Both the position numbers and the translations under genes were made by a program. A stretch of 64,000 nt of DNA from the human T2T-CHM13v2.0 reference genome, Homo sapiens: assembly GCF_009914755.1 (NCBI RefSeq), contig NC_060929.1; one strand, 5' to 3'. Numbering within the stretch: the stretch's first letter is position 1; the number at the start of each line of letters is the position of its first letter. The notes beneath the pieces are model-generated. The model worked only from the letters and a program-made list of their open reading frames with translations, was not told the DNA's origin and did not search any database. This document shows, piece after piece, positions 59,231 through 64,000 of this stretch.

Positions 59231-60719
59231 GGACTGGTGCAGGTTTTAGTATCATTGCTTCCCTTTCAGCCTTACCTTTCTACAGCTGTGGATAAGATGC
59301 CATGAATTTGCGAGTAAAAGTGTTTATCTCTCCCTGGAGCAGACTAGACCCCTAGGCTCTGTCCTAGAGCACAACTCACCCTTAGCTGCCCTGCAACCTG
59401 ATCATCTCCAACAGGGAAGGTGAAGAGAAGGCAGTATTTGGCTGATGAATTCTTCTCAAAATGATACTTTAGTTTTGTCTGGGAGGGGCAGGGGAACAGA
59501 TCACAGAGGGAGGGGTTCTTGGCTTTATCAGAGAAAGAAGGCCTCATTGTGTGTTGTTGTTGGAACAGGTCCCAGAGACCTCAGTACAATTCTTTGGACA
59601 GGGCTGAGCTAAGCTACCATGTATACAATAATAGTCGAAAGAATAGTGTGGAATTTAGGGTAGTATCAAAGAGAGCTCTGTGTTACAGCTGTCTTCAGGC
59701 AGAGGGCATGACTTCAGCCCCAGGTCAAGTCCTGTTGTTAACTTCATAATATTTTAATGAACATGCCTTTTTGTGTCTGTTCCTCTCCCCTCTCCCCCAT
59801 CTCTTTCTTTTTTGTGTGTGTAGTCATTTATTAAGGGATTTTGATAGAAAATTTAAAACTTAATCTCTGTAAACTCTTCCTTTTGAACTATGGCATACCT
59901 GAGTGGACAGGCAAGTTGCAGGGATGGGGACATTTGACACAGAGAACTTAGGAAGTTCCAGGAAACCAGTATTTCTGAAACTGTAGTCAATTCTGTTTTG
60001 ATTTTTTGCTACATTGATGTAATACCTATTTCATTGTTGACCTAATATTGTTCTTTAAGTGGGAGTGCTTGTTCTTTTTGAAGGGACACTCTTCGTTTAA
60101 TAAAGAACAAGTATAATTCGCCCAAAATAGTAAGTAACCATAAGCGTTGATATGTAAACTCTAGTGTTTGTGTCCTACATAAAGCGATTTGTGGTATGCA
60201 AGGACATATACATACCACATTTTGGGAAGTTCTGTTGTAGATTGTACCAGCTGTATTCACCATATTCTTGGAGAGTCAGATGAATAAATCTACCCGCTTC
60301 CAGTCCTTTCCTCCCATCTCCCTCTCCCACACTAAAGTGAATTGTGGGGCATGACACAAGTTGGAGAGAGGCCCCAGGGAGTGTTCCAGGACTGAGGGAA
60401 AGGAGGATTTGTGGCTACTCTGTGCCCTGCCAATGGAAGTAAAAATAGACCTACCTCCTGGGGTTATTGTTAAGTTTCAGTGAGCCAGTGCATACGGACT
60501 TTGCTTATTAGCACAATGCCTGGCCTTCCACTTTTCCTGATCATCTATAGGCACTGGCCCCTTGAATAACTTCACTCTGTATGCTGGGTATACAGTAATA
60601 TTGCCAGCGCTGAAGCAGAAGATGCAGACACTGTGAAATGTGCTGTGGTCAACCAAGCTGTCCACATGCCAGGAGATTTATTTCCCATCTCTTCAGCAAG
60701 CTCTCTCCATCCTGGGTGG

Positions 60720-61090
60720 CATAGAGTAGAAGCTGAGAGTGTGGGCTCTGGACGCCGACAGCATGGCTTCCAATCCTGGCCTGTCCGTCACGTGTAGTTG
60801 GTAAGTACCTTATCTTTTTCATGTATTCAACAAAAAAACACTGTGTGCCTGCTGTGGGCCAGCCACTGTTCTAGGCTCTAAGGATTTGCTAGTGAACAAT
60901 CTGAGGGACAGAATCATGCCTTTGCGGAGCTTATATTCTGGCCTTATTTTAGTCTCTTAAATGGAAGTAATAATAGACTTACCTCCTGGGGTTATTGTTA
61001 AGTTTAAGTGAGCCAATGCATACAGAGCCTGCTTATTAGCACAATGCCTGGCGTGCAGCTATTACTTAATAAATGCTAGCTTTTCACTTA
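60720..61090 (+). mobile_element. MIR interrupted by an antisense L2 3' fragment (~60820-60941)
   Basis: MIR 5' part 'gtgtgggctctgga...aatcctggc'; L2 part 'tattcaacaa...actgttctaggctctaagg...gagcttatattct'; MIR 3' part 'aaatgg...ttagcacaatgcctggc'. Confidence 0.65.
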
Positions 61091-61569
61091 TGATACTCTT
61101 GTGCGCAGCCTTGCACCAGGCTTAGAACCCATTTTCATCATTCCGTTCCTGCTCTGGCTTCAGTAGCACCCAACTGAAATATTCTCTCCTTATTTCTTGG
61201 CCTCTAAGTAATTCTTGAAACCTCCCAGCTCTAGGAACCTCTTATGGCTTGCAGCCTCCTCACCTAATCATAGCACTCGAAGAACTCCTGGTCACCTCCT
61301 GAAATAAGCTTACTCATCACCTAGCTGCTGTGATGAGTTGGCATTCTCATCTCCTGGATGACGTTTTTTGGAAAGGATCTTTTGTGAAAGGCTCCCCCTC
61401 CCCACCCCGTCTACTGCCTTTTCCCCCCAGTGCTTCCTCTTCGCTTCCTGTAGTATGAGGGTTGTTCGGGCAGACATCCTGACCTTGCAGTTGCTGTAAG
61501 GATCTTTTTAACCCAGTTCTTTACAGGAAAACTCACTGTAGCATGGTTGGTCTAATACAGAGGTATTTT

Positions 61570-62147
61570 TTCATATTTTTAGAGCTGGGGTCTCACTCTT
61601 TTGCCCAGGCTAGAGTGTAGTGGTGCAGTCATGGCTCACTGCATCCTTAAACTTCTAGGCTCAAGCAATCTTCCTCTTTTTTTTTTTTGACAGAGGAGTG
61701 TAGTGGCGTAATCTTGGCTCAGTGCAACCTCTGCCTCCTTGGGTTCAAGCAATTCTCGTGCCTCAGCCACCCGAGTAGCTGGGATTACAGGTGTGCGCCA
61801 CCATGCCCGGCTAATTTTTGTATTTTTAGTAGAGGTGGGGTTTTGCCATGTTGGCCAGGCTGGTCTCGAACTCCTAGCCTCAAGTGATCCTCCTGCCTCG
61901 GCCTCCCAAAGTCCTGGAATTATGGGCATGAGCCACCACGCGCAGCTTCAATCCTCCCTCTTCTGCCTCCCAAGTATCTGGGACTATAGGCACATGCTAT
62001 CATGTCCAGCTAATTAAAAAAAATTTTTTTAGCGATGGGGTCTTGCTATGTTGCCCATGTTGGTCTTAAACTCCTGGGCTCAAGCAGTCCTCCTGCCTCA
62101 GCCTCCTGAGTCTTTGGAGTTGAGGGCATAAGCCACCGTGTCTGGCT
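61570..62147 (-). mobile_element. AluJ with a nested AluS (61677-61948) in the same orientation
   Basis: The outer Alu breaks at 'caatcttcctc' and resumes at 'caatcctccctc' (imperfect TSD) around a complete inner Alu. Confidence 0.88.
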
Positions 62148-62217
62148 CCTAAAACAGGGGTATTGATGCTGGGCCTTAGCAATCAATTATCTGTGGGAGG
62201 GCTTGACTGCATGTTAA

Positions 62218-62541
<324 letters not shown>

Positions 62542-62794
62542 AATTCTATATAATTTCTAAAAAGAAAAATTCTACCTATCCTCTCTGTGTAATTGACATA
62601 AGATTTTGTCCTGGGTTCCCAGCCTCTGAAAGGCAATACCAGGTCAGTCTCCATTGACTTCAGCACTCAGTGGCCTGATAGGACTTTTGTGCTCGGCCGT
62701 GCCACATGGCTGACTGTTTCAGAAGGAAACCAGACTGCTCTGCCCTTCAAAGAGTGGGAGGGAACTGGGTGACAGGGGTGACTTGGACAGTGTG

Positions 62795-63165
62795 TGTATT
62801 AATCTTCTAGGGCTACCATAACAAGGTCCCACAGACAGGGCAGTTTCAATAACAAAACTTGGTGTTCTCATAATTCTGGAGGCTAGAAGTCAGATCAAGG
62901 TTTTGGCAGGGCTGTTTTCTTCCCAGGTCTCTCTTTTTGGCTTGTCTTCTCCCAGTATCTTCACACGGTCTTTTCTCTGCTGTGCCTGTGTCCTAATCTT
63001 CTTTTCTTATAAGGTCACCATATTGTATTAGGGCCTGCCCTAATGACCTCATTTGCCTTAATTACCTCTTTAAAGACTCTATTTCCAAATACAGTCCCAT
63101 TCTGAGGTACTGTGAATGAGGACTTCAACATAGGAATTTTAGGGGCCTCAATTCAGCCCTTGACA
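62795..63165 (-). mobile_element. MaLR solo LTR (MLT1A/B-like)
   Basis: TG...CA termini with 5-bp TSD GTGTG (62790-62794, 63166-63170); typical MLT1 internal motifs. Confidence 0.88.
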
Positions 63166-64000
63166 GTGTGGTTCAGGAATGCAGTTCCAAAATACACTCA
63201 TGTTACCTAAGCCTTGAGTTCCTCAGGTGGGCCTCTGAGGGCCAGCAGGGAAGACAAGGTCAGCCAGCTTTAGGCTTGGGTGTGGACTTGGTGGCCACCA
63301 TTACTAGTTTAATAAGATCTTACTGGTGGCTTAGGCAAGTTGGCTGTTCCTCAGGAGGGTTGGCCAGGCCTGAAGTAGGTGGACAGTGTTATCCACAAGT
63401 AGGTAAGCTTTGCTTATTAACCCTTGTGTCTTGGCTACTTTCAGACAGGAGTTGAGAAAGAGGAGTAGGAATAGTTTGGGGAAGAATTTGTTGATAGTAA
63501 AAGTGTGATATTGTCCTTCAGACAAGACTCAGAACTTTGTCAAGAGTTGGGAACACCATGGCTAGAGCCTTCCGGTAATCTGCAACTTCCCTGTTCTTCC
63601 TGTTAGATGTGCTGTAAACAGCGACTGCCTACAAGAGAGGTTTGGAATCTGTTGACTTTGGCTGGGATGTAGCCTAAGGAGATTCATCGGTTTCCAATTC
63701 CTGTTCTCTCAGGATATTAAGTATTGCCATGAACTGGAAAATTTTTCTTTATTAAAATTGGAGGAAGAGTTGGAGTGTTTTGAAAGAGACCTGGAACAGG
63801 AAGGGAGCTGACATGAGAAGTTCCACTGCATTGCTTCAGAGATGATTTTTATCTTTTTTGTGTTGCCGGTGCTCAGTGGCTTAAATCTTCAGTACAACAA
63901 GGTGAGATAAACAAGTAAATAAGATTCTGGAAGTACTGACATGGTAGCTAGCTTGTGAGGCAGTGTAGTATGGTGACTAAGTGTACAGGCTCCGGAGTCC

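Overview
Primate, almost certainly human, genomic DNA covering the 5' end of ARHGAP26 (GRAF1), on the + strand. About 19 kb of repeat-rich upstream sequence precedes a TATA-less CpG-island promoter (~19.05-20.75 kb). The first coding exon runs from the ATG at 20070 to a phase-1 GTGAGT donor after 20223 and encodes [51 protein letters not shown], the start of the BAR domain. The remaining ~44 kb is intron 1; exon 2 is not in the window. The other ORFs in the track are Alu/L1 read-throughs, GC-rich CpG-island artefacts or have no recognisable product. The rest is ordinary mammalian repeat content: 28 Alu elements or fragments, L1/L2/MIR, MaLR and ERV1 solo LTRs, hAT/TcMar MITEs and (TG)n microsatellites. 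I see no convincing novel biological system. The best leads are (1) a phase-compatible alternative first coding exon (20638-20683), (2) an extreme Alu strand bias (26 of 28 on the minus strand), (3) a 93-bp, 91%-identical non-tandem local duplication, (4) candidate cryptic, recursive and terminal splice sites in intron 1, (5) a MITE hairpin fully paired only in the sense RNA, and (6) an AP-1 cluster. Repeat boundaries and subfamily names were assigned by eye and are approximate.
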